The notes under the pieces were generated by a model, which saw only the letters and a list, made by a program, of their open reading frames with translations, made no database searches and was not told where the DNA came from. 64,000 nucleotides of DNA, taken from contig CM097884.1 in the NCBI GenBank assembly GCA_044892505.1, forward strand, positions 63,302,001 through 63,366,000. The letters are read 5' to 3'. Both the position numbers and the translations under genes were made by a program. This document shows, piece by piece, positions 1 through 12,295 of the stretch (its first letter is position 1; each line of letters begins with the position of its first letter). This DNA is from Schmidtea nova (Eukaryota).

Positions 1-352
1 ATACATAACGAATGAATTAGTGCAATGCAACTTTCCTTTCCATAACTTTGCTGAATGGAATGAAATAATCATGCCAATGATGAGCGGAAAATATGTATGG
101 TTCTTCTAAAATTGTCATCAAGTGCTCATGAATCTATGAGAAAACATAACAAAAGCAATTTTGGGAATAGAATCAATTGTTGCTAATATTACAATATCCG
201 AAATGTGACAAGTCAATGGATAGTGCACTATATTGTTGCCATTTTATAAAATTGCTTAATCAGAGTGCTGCTCTATCAATTCGCGATACTTTAATAGAAA
301 TTTTAATAGATAATATTATAAATAACTATCATAATTATCTTTTTGTTTCACC

Positions 353-550
353 TTTGATCTTTTTTATTATTAATATCAATAATTCCCATAATGACTATAG
401 ATAAAAATTTCTTTAAATAAGTACACAATATTTCGGCATAGCCTTTATTAAGTATGTAATACACACTTGATAAAGGCTGTGCCGAAATATTGTGTACTTG
501 TTTAAATACATTTTGATCTATATTCTTACCATTATGGGAATATTAGAAAT
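353..550. repeat. Palindromic (foldback) repeat with a hammerhead-like core on both strands, inserted in the RLE element
   Basis: Arms such as tatagataaaaatt...gtacacaatatttcggcatagcctttattaag pair with cttgataaaggctgtgccgaaatattgtgtac...ttttgatctata; core TTGATAAAGGCTGTGCCGAAA at 467-487 and an inverted variant at 431-452. Confidence 0.75.
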
Positions 551-1722
551 ATTAGAAGATTGTCAACAGATATAAAGAAATATGATCCCTATATTGGATA
601 ACATAATCAATCAAACGGATGCTATTGACAATCAAACATGTTTAACAGAGATCATGAAAATCAATATGAATATACACAAAATAGCACAAAGTCAATTCGA
701 GCTAACATGCATTATTAGAGCCAAATTTAATAAAAAACCAAAAGAAGAACTAGAAAAACCATGGGAAAAAGAAAATAATGAACATAGAGAATATTTCCAA
801 TACTACACTCCCATAAAGTATTAATCAATAAAATATTTCACTTACCAATCACATGGATAATTACTAATTCAGAACCTGATCTCAAGGAAATCAGAGAAAC
901 CGTATCCAGTCTTGACAATACAGCACCAGGAATGGACAAGATAACACTCTCAGAATGGAAAAGCATATCACGGAAATATGAATTTTTACTATCATTAAGC
1001 TGATTACTCCTTAGGAAAAGAAAATACCCTGAAGGATGGAAGAAATTTAGAACAAGAATGATCATGAAACCAGGAAAAAATAACATGCGACACGACACAG
1101 GAGCCTGGAGACCTCTTGCAATCATGGACATATCTTACAGAATTTTCATTACAAAGCTAAATAATAGATTGTTAAACTGGATCAAGGCCGGTGACCTCAC
1201 ATGTAGTAATCAAAAAGCCATAGGAGCACCAGATGGTTGTTCTGAGAATAATCTTACCATTCACTTACGCAAAGAAAATATTCATATCGTTTGGTTGGAT
1301 ATATCCTAGGCTTTTTGTTCAATACCTCAAGAAATAATCTGGACAACTCTTACCAAAATGGGTCTTGATTAAAATACGATATCATTGATAAGAGACATGT
1401 TTACAAGTGTCGAGACTTATTTTGAATGTGATGATGAAAAATCAACATTAGTACCTATAATAAAGGGAGTGAAGCAAGGATGTCCCTTATCCATGACAAT
1501 TTTCTGTCTATCAATAGACTTTATCTTAAAAGACATCCTTTCAATCTACATGGATACAACATAAGCATACTTGCATATGCTGATAATATAGTATTATTAT
1601 ACAATTTCTTTGAACAAATACAAGAAATGTTATTAAAAACTCAAAAACTGGCAGAAATCAGTAACCTAATATTCAAACCAAGCAAAGGTGGTTATTACAG
1701 TAATCAGAGCAGAATCACATGA

Positions 1723-2215
1723 CTTAATCTGAATAACGTTCAACTTTCGTTGATCAATGACGAGAGAGATCAGGTGACTTCAGTGGCCATTCAATTGACC
1801 CTCGTCGACCTATCCATCTATGAGGCAATTCTTCGTCAAGAAATTGACGCACTGCTGTTACATAGTGAGGAGGAGCTCCATCCTGCTGAAAATAGAATTC
1901 TTCATTATCAAACTTCTGCCGTATTTGTGGGATAACAGTATCTCTCAAGAGATTTAGATACAGGCGATGTGTCACAGTTGTATGGAAAAAGAAAGGTCCA
2001 ATAAAACTTTTGCATGAAATGCTTGCCCAAACTGTAACCCAGGTTGATTTAACTGTTCTTCATTTGTGATATGCGGATTTTCCGTGGTATAATAGACACA
2101 GTTATGCCTATTAACAACGCCTGAAAGCTTAAAATTTAATATTACTTTAATATTACTGTATACTGTAATATTACTGTAATATTAATTACTGTATACCTAC
2201 TTTTGAACCACCCTG
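1723..2215 (-). mobile_element. Truncated Tc1/mariner-superfamily transposon of maT (DD37D) type
   Basis: VNRHNCVYY...QPGVTVWASIS...IGPFFF and FQQDGAPPHY...WIGRRGSIEWPLKSPDL; one terminus CAGGGTGGTTCAAAA (minus) at 2201-2215 next to TA. Confidence 0.85.
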
Positions 2216-3619
2216 TATATAGATACATTGTGTCAACTTCGACATTCAAAAAACAGAGGACATTGATCATCATCATGGAGAGAGCACTAAGGAATACGGA
2301 AGAATTATTAAAATCAGATCTTCATCCAGTCCAAAAAATAAATGCTTATAAAATATTTATACATTCTAGATTCATCTTTTTATTAAGAAACTACAAAGGG
2401 AACCATAAACTATATAGTGATAGAAATAGAAGCGTACAACAGAGATCAAAATAGCTTGGTTATGATAAGAAGATAGAACGAATTATAAAAGATATGTGTT
2501 GGATTATTTTAAATTGTAACATTTTTAAGAAGAAAAAAGTTTGTTTTAATAAATAAAAAATATAAGAAAAGATAATTTTAAATTTAAAATAAATCTTGCT
2601 TTTTATTTTTGATATTTTTAATAATATTTTAAGAATGATAAATGATTCTTACAATATGCTATATAACAAATTTCAACAGATAAACAACAATTATATCTAA
2701 ACTGATTGCTTACAAGGAGGACTTGGAATACGCTCTACTGTAGATGCATACTGGAGACATGCATCGTACAATTCACGAGGAATGCTGCGGAAACATCTTC
2801 AAAAATCCACAATATTATATGGATGGTGTTTGGTGAACTGTGGACAGAAATGAAATGTCAAGGACATATAGCTAAAACAATTGGAAAATGCGAATATGCG
2901 CGATATCTCATACAAAGCAACAAACTTAATGATGCTCAGTATAGGTTTCTAGTCAATGCTCGTAACTTCTTGCTGCAACTGAAATACACAGCATACAGAT
3001 TAAAAACTGTCATGGATATATTCTGTAGACATTGTCATAAAGCTGTTGAATGTCAAGCTCACATTTTAATCACTGAAGTAAAAATGATTGCAAGAAGAAA
3101 TAAGCATACTCATGTGCTTAAAACTGTGTCTGACTTCCTCACTGAAAAAGGATTCCAGGTGGACATTGAAATATCACCAAGAGGAATTAACACCAGATTA
3201 AAGCCCGACCTTATCATAAAATCGACCAGAGACAACGATCATATACATACTTTAGACATCACAGTGCCAAATGAAAGCAAGGACAATTTTGATAATGCAA
3301 GAAAATTAAACTTTTAAAAATATAAAGATCTGGAGTTAGAAATTGGTCACCTATATAAACCAAAAACAACAATTTCAGCACTTGGATGAAGGGACAGAAA
3401 GAATAACTCAATCGTGAAGAAAAGGCCTATCAAAAACTGAGATAAAAAGTCTCGCAATGAAATGTGCTACAAGTGCCGTAAATTCCGCGTATCACATTTA
3501 CCGTGATCATTTATCCGGTAGTATAATCTATATGTTTAAAGGATTTAGCATGCTCTCCTTACTGCCTTAATTGGATCTTTTGGCGTAAAAACAAACTGTT
3601 TTTAAATAAAACTTCTTTT

Positions 3620-4470
3620 TACATCGCGCTAAAGCCGTTTACCGTTTCTTTGAACGCTGTTTATTCATTGGCATTGGGTTTGAGTTTTTGCTTGTTTTTT
3701 CTTGGGATATTGTTTTGGATTTAGAATTAAATTATTTTTCTTTATTTTCTATTGGTTTAATATTTTTAGATAATTGTGAATGATCTAAAGTTTTAAATTT
3801 TTTATCGAATGGCTTTTTAAATATAAAATTTTCTTGGTTTTCTGTTGTTTTCGATGTAGTTTTTAAAATTAAATTTTCATCTGATTGAATTTCTAAATTT
3901 TTTAATAAAATTTCTTTGAAATTTTGATTTTTATTAAATATATTTTATTGGTTGTCGATGTTTTTAATGGGATTTTTTAAATTTAATTACGATTTTAAAT
4001 TTAAATCATTTTCTTCTTGGTTTTTTATTAAATTTTTATCAAATTTATTTAACTTTTTAAAATATTTTTCTTAGTTATCGATGTTTTGAGTAGGCTTTTT
4101 AAAATTCAATTGGGAAATAAAATCTTTGTTTTTCTGATTTTTAATATTATTTTGTTGATTTTCATTGAATTTATTTAGTTCTTTTAAAATATTGTCATTT
4201 TTTGAATTAATTGGATATTCGGGGGGGGGGGGGGGTTTGTCATTTCGAAATCTTTTTGGATTTGACCTGTTTTTGTACGAGCAGTTTCATTGCTTTCTGG
4301 GAGACAGAGTCGTTTGAGTAGAATCATTAAGGCTTCTCAAATAAAATATTTTTCATTGTTTGAAACGTTAATCATTTTGGTTAATTTGGAATTAATTGAC
4401 CTGATTTTTTCTTTTATCATCTGGATGTCGTCGGACGAACTGGCTTGTTGGCGGCCGGCGTTCATAGCGA
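3620..4470 (-). mobile_element. Probable 5' fragment of a second NeSL/R5-type element, tail-to-tail with the first
   Basis: Decayed K/N-rich reading frame on minus (MIKEKIRSINSKLTKMINVS...), compositionally like the N-terminal region at 60540-60968, starting with the same antisense 28S-like sequence as the element ending at 61149. No catalytic domains present. Confidence 0.5.
4438..4470 (+). other. Short diverged 28S rRNA helix-89-like sequence (not an rRNA gene)
   Basis: aactggcttgttggcggccggcgttcatagcga versus the conserved eukaryotic LSU sequence AACTGGCTTGTGGCGGCCAAGCGTTCATAGCGA (recalled). Confidence 0.75.
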
Positions 4471-4960
4471 GACTTTTTGTAGGCTGTTTATACATTGGCA
4501 AACTTAGAAGTTTGTCTGGTAAGCAAAGAACATTTGGAAACTAAAATAGCTGCCGACGTCGTGCTTTCATATATTTTGCACCTTTTCTCAACCTCGCAGT
4601 AAAAATTGGGATCTTCTAAATTGGAATCCTCGTCACATGTGGATTCATTAGATCCAACACGAGTAACTGCTTCAATTGTTTCATCTTGAGATGTCTTACG
4701 GCGTTTTGATGGGTGAATAGACGACATAGGTGCAGGTTTTTCTGTTGTATATCCAACATAAGAATCAATCTACATTTTAAACAATTATTTTTCTTCGGAA
4801 CACAACCATTCGCCATCTGAATTTGTAATGTCGAAGACATGTATCAAATCCTTCTTAAACTTTTCGCTTTTTCTCTTCCAATATTTTTCATATGCATGAA
4901 TCAATGCACTTATCTTTCTATTCACCTGTTGTTTTGACACCATAGGAAAACTTCAACTTC
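4471..4960 (-). mobile_element. Decayed ORF, probably from a DNA transposon; family unassigned
   Basis: Minus-strand frame FPMVSKQQVNRKI...VFDITNSDGEWLCSEEK*...GYTTEKPAPMSSIHPSKRRK...STTSAAILVSKCSL with stops; resembles invertebrate transposon-associated proteins as recalled, not searched. Confidence 0.4.
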
Positions 4961-5806
4961 AACTTCACAATACTTTTTATTCTAATTTTTGTTTCTTTCA
5001 CTGTCTGATGGAGTCCTAAATATAGTCCAACAATATTTTTCTTGAGAGGAATTTTGCACAGCTCATTCAGTTTTACCATATACAAGGGTATTTCTGAATG
5101 TCTGGTGACTTTATCTTTTAAATTTCCTCACCATTGACTTGAGCAGTTGTTGACAGCATTTGCCGATAATTTAGATGCTATGATCTAAAAGTTAAAAACA
5201 TTAATTGAATTATTCATGCAAATTTACTAGGCATTTCTGTAGTTTTAATAATTGCTAATGAAAATCAGAAAACACTAAACTTCGGATAATTAAAAAAATT
5301 TTAAATTCTCCAAAAATGCTCGTTTGTACCTAATGGACTCTCAAATATGCCTTCAGTTAACTTTACTTAAAAAATTAATAATTCAATTCTTTAAAATTTT
5401 GAATGAATAAACTTACCATTATCCACACCACAATTTTAAAAACCAAAAGTAACACACAAAGAATAATCAATTTCGTTCTATTAATTGTTGTATATTCTTA
5501 ATGACTTTGATACGAATTAATAAATTCATTCTTCTGCTGAATTTGTCGATGTCTATTTCACTACTTTGCCAATTTTAGATCTATCATTTTCATACCTTTG
5601 TTTAATTTTCAATCATGCTTTCCCTAACTTTCCAAATATTTTATTCTTATTTATCAAACTGATTGTAGATTAGTGCATAAATCTCATGACATTGGTCTTA
5701 AGAATTTCTATGCTCGCCAGGTTTTTTAAGTTTATTAAAAATACAAAAACTCATCAAAAGAAACACCAGGAGTTACAAAATTAAATACGAGGATTTTAGT
5801 CATAAC

Positions 5807-5810
<4 letters not shown>

Positions 5811-5895
<85 letters not shown>
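5811..5895. repeat. (TA)n microsatellite
   Basis: Direct inspection. Confidence 0.95.
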
Positions 5896-5900
<5 letters not shown>

Positions 5901-7329
5901 ATGTTACTAATGAGAGACAATTATTGTTAGTATTTTGTTAGTTTGTTGAGATTGGATGCAGCCAAAGTGTATTGTAGGAGACTGAAGAGTTCAACAGAGT
6001 CACCAGTAAAACTTGTGTCGGGACTGTTGGGGTGCGTGTTGTTTAAATGAGTGTGTGTATGCGATTTAATGTATGTAACAACTAATAAACAATGAATAAA
6101 AATTTTTATAAAATTTATTATGTCTAAAACAAAACCAAACAGTAAATGTCAACCTGTACTCACGTAATCACTAATAGTCTAAAAATTGCAAAAAGTTTTT
6201 TTCCACCGATGTATCCTCTGTTTCTTAATTTTCATCAATTTTCAACTTTCTTATTTTTCATAAATTCACAATTTCATTTATCATTTCATAATTTCATTTC
6301 CGTTAACCATCAATATTCTATTTTTAATTTCTATCGTAATTTTTCTTAGTGGCTTTTAATTATTCTTATAAGCTTTTCAATTTTTTTAATCATTATCACC
6401 AATTTGTCATATTCCTATAGTAATTTTCATTACTATTAGAAATTGATTTTTTATTAATTTTTTAAGTTTCAAATATTTTTTAATTATTTTAATTATTCTT
6501 CTTTTTTTGTTTATTTGAATTGGCATTCAAACAAAAATAATAAAGGGGGGTTATCCGATGTCCGCACGGACGCCCCCATTGATAATATCGGCGGTCACAA
6601 TAATAATAACAACAATAAAAAATAATAATAGTAAAAATATACATCATTAACATAACTTCCCCATTTAAAACCGGAGGTTACACTATTTACAAAAATTCAA
6701 ACGTATGGTATATACATATTTCAACTTATATGTTGTGTCGTATGTTTTCTGTACTGTGGATTAACAACTCTTAACAAAAATATAAAAATATACAGCATTA
6801 ACATATATACATGTGTGTGTGTGTGTGAACATAAGTGTGAATATTACAGCAGTATAAAATGCGACGTCATTCGAGTTATCTCGAGTGTGCTCAATTTGAC
6901 CGGTTTAGTGCGCTCGAATTAATTCCAGTGTGCGCATTAAGGGGTTAATATCATTACATTTAATACTCTTATCATTTACGTTGAATTATTTAATTCCTCT
7001 TATCATTTTTATGTATTTCATATTAATTTTAGTACTATAACTAAAGTATTATTTTATTTAATTATTTATTTACATAAAATATTATTTATTTATTTTATTT
7101 TTTAATACAGAGTATCAAACTTTTATGTTATTTGCATAATTACTTAACTGTTTTTTATTATTAAAGCTACTTTATTTATTTTGATTTTGATTTTCTTTCT
7201 TATATTCATCAATGAAAGACACAAATAGCAATGAATAAAAACTAATTATCAATGTTTTCATTGCTGAAGTCATTAATTCAATTACTTGCACATCTTTTGG
7301 TGGTTTTTGTATTTCAATTTTATTGAAAA

Positions 7330-7700
7330 AACTTTATCCGACAATAATAGATGATTCACTGGATAATTTAAAGTATCTATCGACCATCTTCTGTCATCTA
7401 ACCATAAGTTATAACACCCTTAGGAAATTCACCTTGGGTCAAAGTGAAATTGGGCAAAGTCTTTCTCTTGGATATCACAAAAGATGGAAGTTTACCACCA
7501 TCAGCAATTACATAAAGAACAACTGTAAAATTACATTTCACGGAACCAGTCGTATATAATTTTATGTTCTCACTGCCTTCTTTATCCACAGTAAAATTTG
7601 ATGGCATATTGAAGATATGAGAACTTCATCCTTTTTTAATTAAATCAGTATCTCGAATAATATTGTCCCTGTATGTTTCTGATGCAAAGCGTAAGTCCAA
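7330..7700 (-). mobile_element. pogo/Tigger-family transposase fragment
   Basis: MPSNFTVDKEGSENIKLYTTGSVKCNFTVVLYVIADGGKLPSFVISKRKTLP matches the pogo DDE-1 pattern FDMP...TTG.EK..FTVVL...ADG.KLPP.VIFK. Confidence 0.75.
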
Positions 7701-7749
7701 AGAATGAAAGCTTCCTGGATAAACGAGTTTGAGAAAGATGTCATCTAGA

Positions 7750-8312
7750 ATATGTCATCGAAAATCATTGATGTTTACAATTTTTGGGGATAAAAGTGGC
7801 ATAACCTGTACGTATTTCGCTAACAAAGGTCTCTGAATTAATTCCACTTACTATAGCAACTTTGTGGACTCATACAGGCGTAATCGCCAAAAAGCCACGT
7901 GTTCTCCCTCTATGGATCCTCAAAGACAATGTCCCAATCCCCGAAAATGCATAAAATGCTGTGTTTGAGAAAATGGATTTGTTCTCTCAGATCACCCTCC
8001 CTACAGTCTCGATCTTGTGCCCATCTTGTTACATATCTATTCAGGCATACGAAAAAGCATTTTCGAAGCAAAATCTACCAAAATACTGCAGATTCGCAAC
8101 ATGATGTGAAAGTTTTCTTAAAAGATCAAAATCCAATTTTCTTCAAAAATGTCTTTTTGGAACTTTTGCATCGCTGTAGGAAGTGTGTGAACCACAACGG
8201 GTTTTATATTAAAAATAAAGCCTACATACTCCTGTTGTTCTTATGTTCAAATATATAGTTCATGTTGGTTTTCTTTAGCACTTAGTCCGGGTACTTATTG
8301 AACTCCTCACTT
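7750..8312 (+). mobile_element. Mariner transposase 3' remnant
   Basis: Decayed MLTIFWDKSGI...INSTYYSNF...KDNVPI...DHPPYSLDLVP; end tacttattgaactcctcac resembles the TIR of the mariner at 54807-61317. Confidence 0.7.
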
Positions 8313-8479
8313 AAGCTTAAAATAATTTTGCTGTGCATCTAATTAATGTTATCTTAAATCAAATTGAAATCGGGATTAATAAAAATATGATCTTTAACAA
8401 ATTATGAAAAACGAATTGTAAGTTTATCTTTATTCTTTTCAAATTAAATATCAATAAAAAAATATTTTCTTCTATACAA

Positions 8480-9569
8480 TACCTAAAATACAAAATAATA
8501 TATAAATAATAAAATTAAATGGGGGAAAATTTATTGGACGAATAATGTGATTTTTTGAAGTCCGGAAAAGAAAAAGACACCGCCAAAAAATTGGAAAATG
8601 AGAATTTGGGAACAAACAAAAGAGATAAACAAGCAACCAAAAACAAAGGTCATTCCTAATTAATAAGTACAAAACGCGAAAGGAATTTTCAAAACGAAAA
8701 TAAAAACAAGTAGGAAAATAAAATCTTGACAGCTTGTCAGATAACAGGAGTGCGGATAAAAGTCGGCTTAAAAAGGAAAAAGGATATCTGAAATAATCTA
8801 GACAGCTATCATAGATAAAACGAGAATTGGGAGAAAAACACAAGATGACCGTGAATCAAAATGCAAAAAACAAAATTATCTCTAGTACCACAAAATTTGA
8901 CGAGTTATTAAATGGAAGGACACACAAGCTTCAGACAGAATTTGTGGGAGACAAGAATTATTAGAGAATCAGGAATTGGGACAGAAATCGTGAGAGGAAA
9001 TAATTGAATTAGAAGTTGTTAAAAGAATTTGTTAGAGAATTTGAAATTGATAAAGAGAAAAATTAAAGCTCGAACAGAAGTGAAATTGAACGATTGAAGT
9101 GGAAAATTCGAAACGAATTTGAAATACGAAAAGAGAAATTTGATATACGAAAAGAAATTCGTTAATTGAATCAGTTGCAGAAATATAATTTGTGTTGTAA
9201 AGGCAAAGAAAGCTAAGCAGATGAGAATTTTAAAGACTAAAGAATATTGATTGAAGAATAAAGTCAAAGCGCGTAAACAATCGAAATACATTACCAATAT
9301 TTAATTTAAATCAGTGTTTAGTAGATGTTGTTTTCTGGACTTTGTACAATAGAGCTATTCTTCACAAAGTGTCGTAATAAGCTCGTATATTTGTCTAAAG
9401 AGGTATTGAATTGATTGTGATATTTCGAATCGTGTAACTCATTGTAATAATCAATAAATGTTTGTGTCATTGAAAATTGTTATACTGTGGGTCATTAGAA
9501 GGCACGCTTTGGAGTCAGCTATTTGATTGGTAACTTTTACCATTTCACAAACAACCCAAAAACCCAACA
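8480..9569 (+). mobile_element. LTR-like repeat, 5' end eroded; homologous to the solo LTR at 46947-47951
   Basis: Shared blocks (gacagcttgtcaga; gtgggtca...cacgctttgga.tcag.tatttgattg.taact...accatttcac.aacaacc...aacccaaca). Confidence 0.6.
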
Positions 9570-9725
9570 AATAGAAAGTTATGGCAGTCCATTTCAATTG
9601 TTATTTAAATAAATAACCCTTGAAAAAGGCAGTGCCGAAATTTTACGTTAAAATAAAGATTTCTTTTGGTTTTTATTTGGATAAAGGAAAATAAAATGAA
9701 CTTGAAAGAAGATCAAAGGAAATTG
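9570..9725. repeat. Member of the palindromic hammerhead-like repeat family (right half)
   Basis: TTGAAAAAGGCAGTGCCGAAA at 9620-9640; family terminus gatcaaagg near 9712-9720. Confidence 0.6.
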
Positions 9726-10374
9726 AAGATGTAAGATTTATTTGATATTATTGTAAATATTTCATATTCATCAAAGAGATGGTATCTAACAAAAGATGAC
9801 GATGTATCATGGTAAAGAAACAAAGTGGTTGTTCTGCAAAAGGGTAAAAATATGATCTCGAGAATTATGAGTCTGCTAGAATTTGAGTTTAAGTAGCATT
9901 GACCTTTATGGTTAAAGTTTAGGGAAAACTCGTTTGTTGAAACAAAAGATATAACACATTTCACAGGAGAAAAATTCAATATAGCGAAGAGTTTTGGATA
10001 GAAGCAAGTGCTGCAGTCTTCGGTAAGCCAGTTGTTAGCCTCTCGTGCGAATTTATTTCAATCATATAAGTTGTTTTTAATAAAATTGCAAAAATCCAGG
10101 AGAAAAATGAATCTTATTGAAGTTAAAAATTCCCGTTTCGCTTTGAATTATCTGTTGTTATATTTTTACTACTTACATACGTTTTCTTTTATGATGCCCC
10201 CATTGCAACGGCCTTTATTATTCAATTACTTTCAAAATGTAGCATTAGAACCAGTCAAATATTTTGTTATATTTTAAACGCAAAAATCAGAAATTTTTCG
10301 AAAATTTTTATAAATTCCAATTAATAGTTAAGTAAAATATTTTTATTTATTTAATTCTTTATATTCCTCTTTAG

Positions 10375-10618
10375 ACAAAACAATAATATGTACAATTCAT
10401 CAGCCGAATTCAGAAGTATATACAATGTTTGATGATATTTTGTTAATGGGAGAAGGCAGCACTGTTTATATGGGATCACCAAAGGGTGCAGTGAAATTTT
10501 TCAAATCATGTGGCTTGCCTTGCCCAATAAATTATAATCCTGCTGATCATTACGTACACTGTATAGGCACGAAAGATGACGCAGTTGTAAATTGCTCAGT
10601 TCAAGAATTGGCAACCAA
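10375..10618 (+). CDS. ABCG half-transporter (white/scarlet-like), internal exon encoding the end of the NBD
   Basis: KTIICTIHQPNSEVYTMFDDILLMGEGSTVYMG...CPINYNPADHY (H-loop and white-family NPAD motif); acceptor tttag at 10374, donor gttagt at 10619; phase 2 joins in frame to 14293. Confidence 0.9.
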
Positions 10619-10806
10619 GTTAGTCACAATTAAATTGTTATTAGAGTTGATTAAAATNNNNNNNNNNNNNNNNNNNNNNNNNNNNNNNNNNNNNNNNNNN
10701 NNNNNNNNNNNNNNNNNNNNNNNNNNNNNNNNNNNNNNNNNNNNNNNNNNNNNNNNNNNNNNNNNNNNNNNNNNNNNNNNNNNNNNNNNNNNNNNNNNNN
10801 NNNNNA

Positions 10807-11813
10807 TAGATCAAAATTTTTTTTTATGAACAATAACACATTATTGTGTTATTGTTTATAAAAAAAAATTTTGATCTATAGTCATTATGAGAATTATTGA
10901 TAATAATAATAAAAAAAGATCAAAGGNNNNNNNNNNNNNNNNNNNNNNNNNNNNNNNNNNNNNNNNNNNNNNNNNNNNNNNNNNNNNNNNNNNNNNNNNN
11001 NNNNNNNNNNNNNNNNNNNNNNNNNNNNNNNNNNNNNNNNNNNNNNNNNNNNNNNNNNNNNNNNNNNTATAATTATTTTACAATTTTATATAATAATTAC
11101 CTAACATTATCTGTTTATTTATTTATTTATTTATCTGTGATTCCGGAACGCACAAAGTTAACTACGATTACTTTTTTTTATTCAATGTTTTCCACATTTT
11201 ATCTTTTTGGGGATTTTTTGAAGAGAGTTTATGACCATATTGATCTTGGATATACAGGAACTAATTATAAATTCCACACATTCGATTAAATTATATTTGT
11301 GTGACAAGCTTATGCTTTTCTTGGTTAAGGAGATCATAGTGATCATCATTATTTCTTAATTAATGTGAAAAATCTTTTCAACAAACAAAAACAAGCTTAA
11401 ATCATAAATCTACGAATAAATCGAAAAGTAAGTAGCTAATTATTATATTCCATATCNNNNNNNNNNNNNNNNNNNNNNNNNNNNNNNNNNNNNNNNNNNN
11501 NNNNNNNNNNNNNNNNNNNNNNNNNNNNNNNNNNNNNNNNNNNNNNNNNNNNNNNNNNNNNNNNNNNNNNNNNNNNNNNNNNNNNNNNNNNNNNNNNNNN
11601 NNNNNNNNNNNNNNNNNNNNNNNNNNNNNNNNNNNNNNNNNNNNNNNNNNNNNNNNNNNNNNNNNNNNNNATGATGACTATAGATCAAAATTTCTTTAAA
11701 AAATAACACAACTTGATAAAGGCTGTGCCGAAATATTGTGTTATTGTTTAATGAAATTTTGATCTATAGTCATTATTATGGGAATTATTGATATTAATAA
11801 TAAAAAAAGATCA
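10807..11813. repeat. Cluster of palindromic hammerhead-like repeats interleaved with N gaps in the ABCG intron
   Basis: 10807-10926 is a hairpin lacking the core; 11671-11813 has arms atgactatagatcaaaatttc...aataacaca / tgtgttatt...aaattttgatctatagtcatt enclosing TTGATAAAGGCTGTGCCGAAA (11713-11733). Confidence 0.75.
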
Positions 11814-12295
11814 ANNNNNNNNNNNNNNNNNNNNNNNNNNNNNNNNNNNNNNNNNNNNNNNNNNNNNNNNNNNNNNNNNNNNNNNNNNNNNNNNNNNNNN
11901 NNNNNNNNNNNNNNNNNNNNNNNNNNNNNNNNNNNNNNNNNNNNNNTATATTAATATATAATTATAAATAAATAAAAAATGGCTTAGTTTTATCCATTAT
12001 TAACGTAAATGTTTATTGCCGACAAGAAAAGTTAATTTAATTGTTTCCTATCTATCAATATCAAAGTATTGTATTCGCGATTCCGTTTCCACGATGACAA
12101 TTAGAAATAACGATTGAATAAGAAGAGAAATAGCCAATCTATCCAGAGAGAAAATAGTCAAATTCTCATTGGCTAATTACATATATGAGATAATCTAACC
12201 ACTTATTTTCCCGAAAAAAATTTCCAAATTTTCTGATCATTTCTTAATTTTTATCTCTATTTGTTACATTTATTTGATAATAATTAGCACACAAA

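Larger units (their letters stand above)
1..3615 (+). mobile_element. Degenerate NeSL/R5-type non-LTR retrotransposon (Ulp1-like remnant, RT, zinc knuckle, RLE endonuclease); runs off the left edge
   Basis: Across frameshifts and stops: Ulp1-like AEWNEIIMP...WFF and DSALYCCHFIK (1-350); RT motifs TAPGMDKIT, WRPLAIMDISYRIF, DGCSEN, WLDIS*AF, KGVKQGCPLSMT, LAYADNIV; CRHCHKAVECQAHIL knuckle; KPDLII...TLDITVP RLE; ends IYRDHLSG, then a short 3' UTR with AATAAA near 3603. Interrupted by inserts at 353-550 and 1723-2215. Confidence 0.85.

Noticed and set aside
5735-5920. IYIYIY ORF, and similar ones at 38970-39272
   Set aside because: (TA)n microsatellite artefacts.
6880-6948. piggyBac-like end (aaggggTTAA), and a weak TTAA-flanked pair at about 19050-19195
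   Set aside because: No matching second terminus for the first; poor TIR identity for the second.
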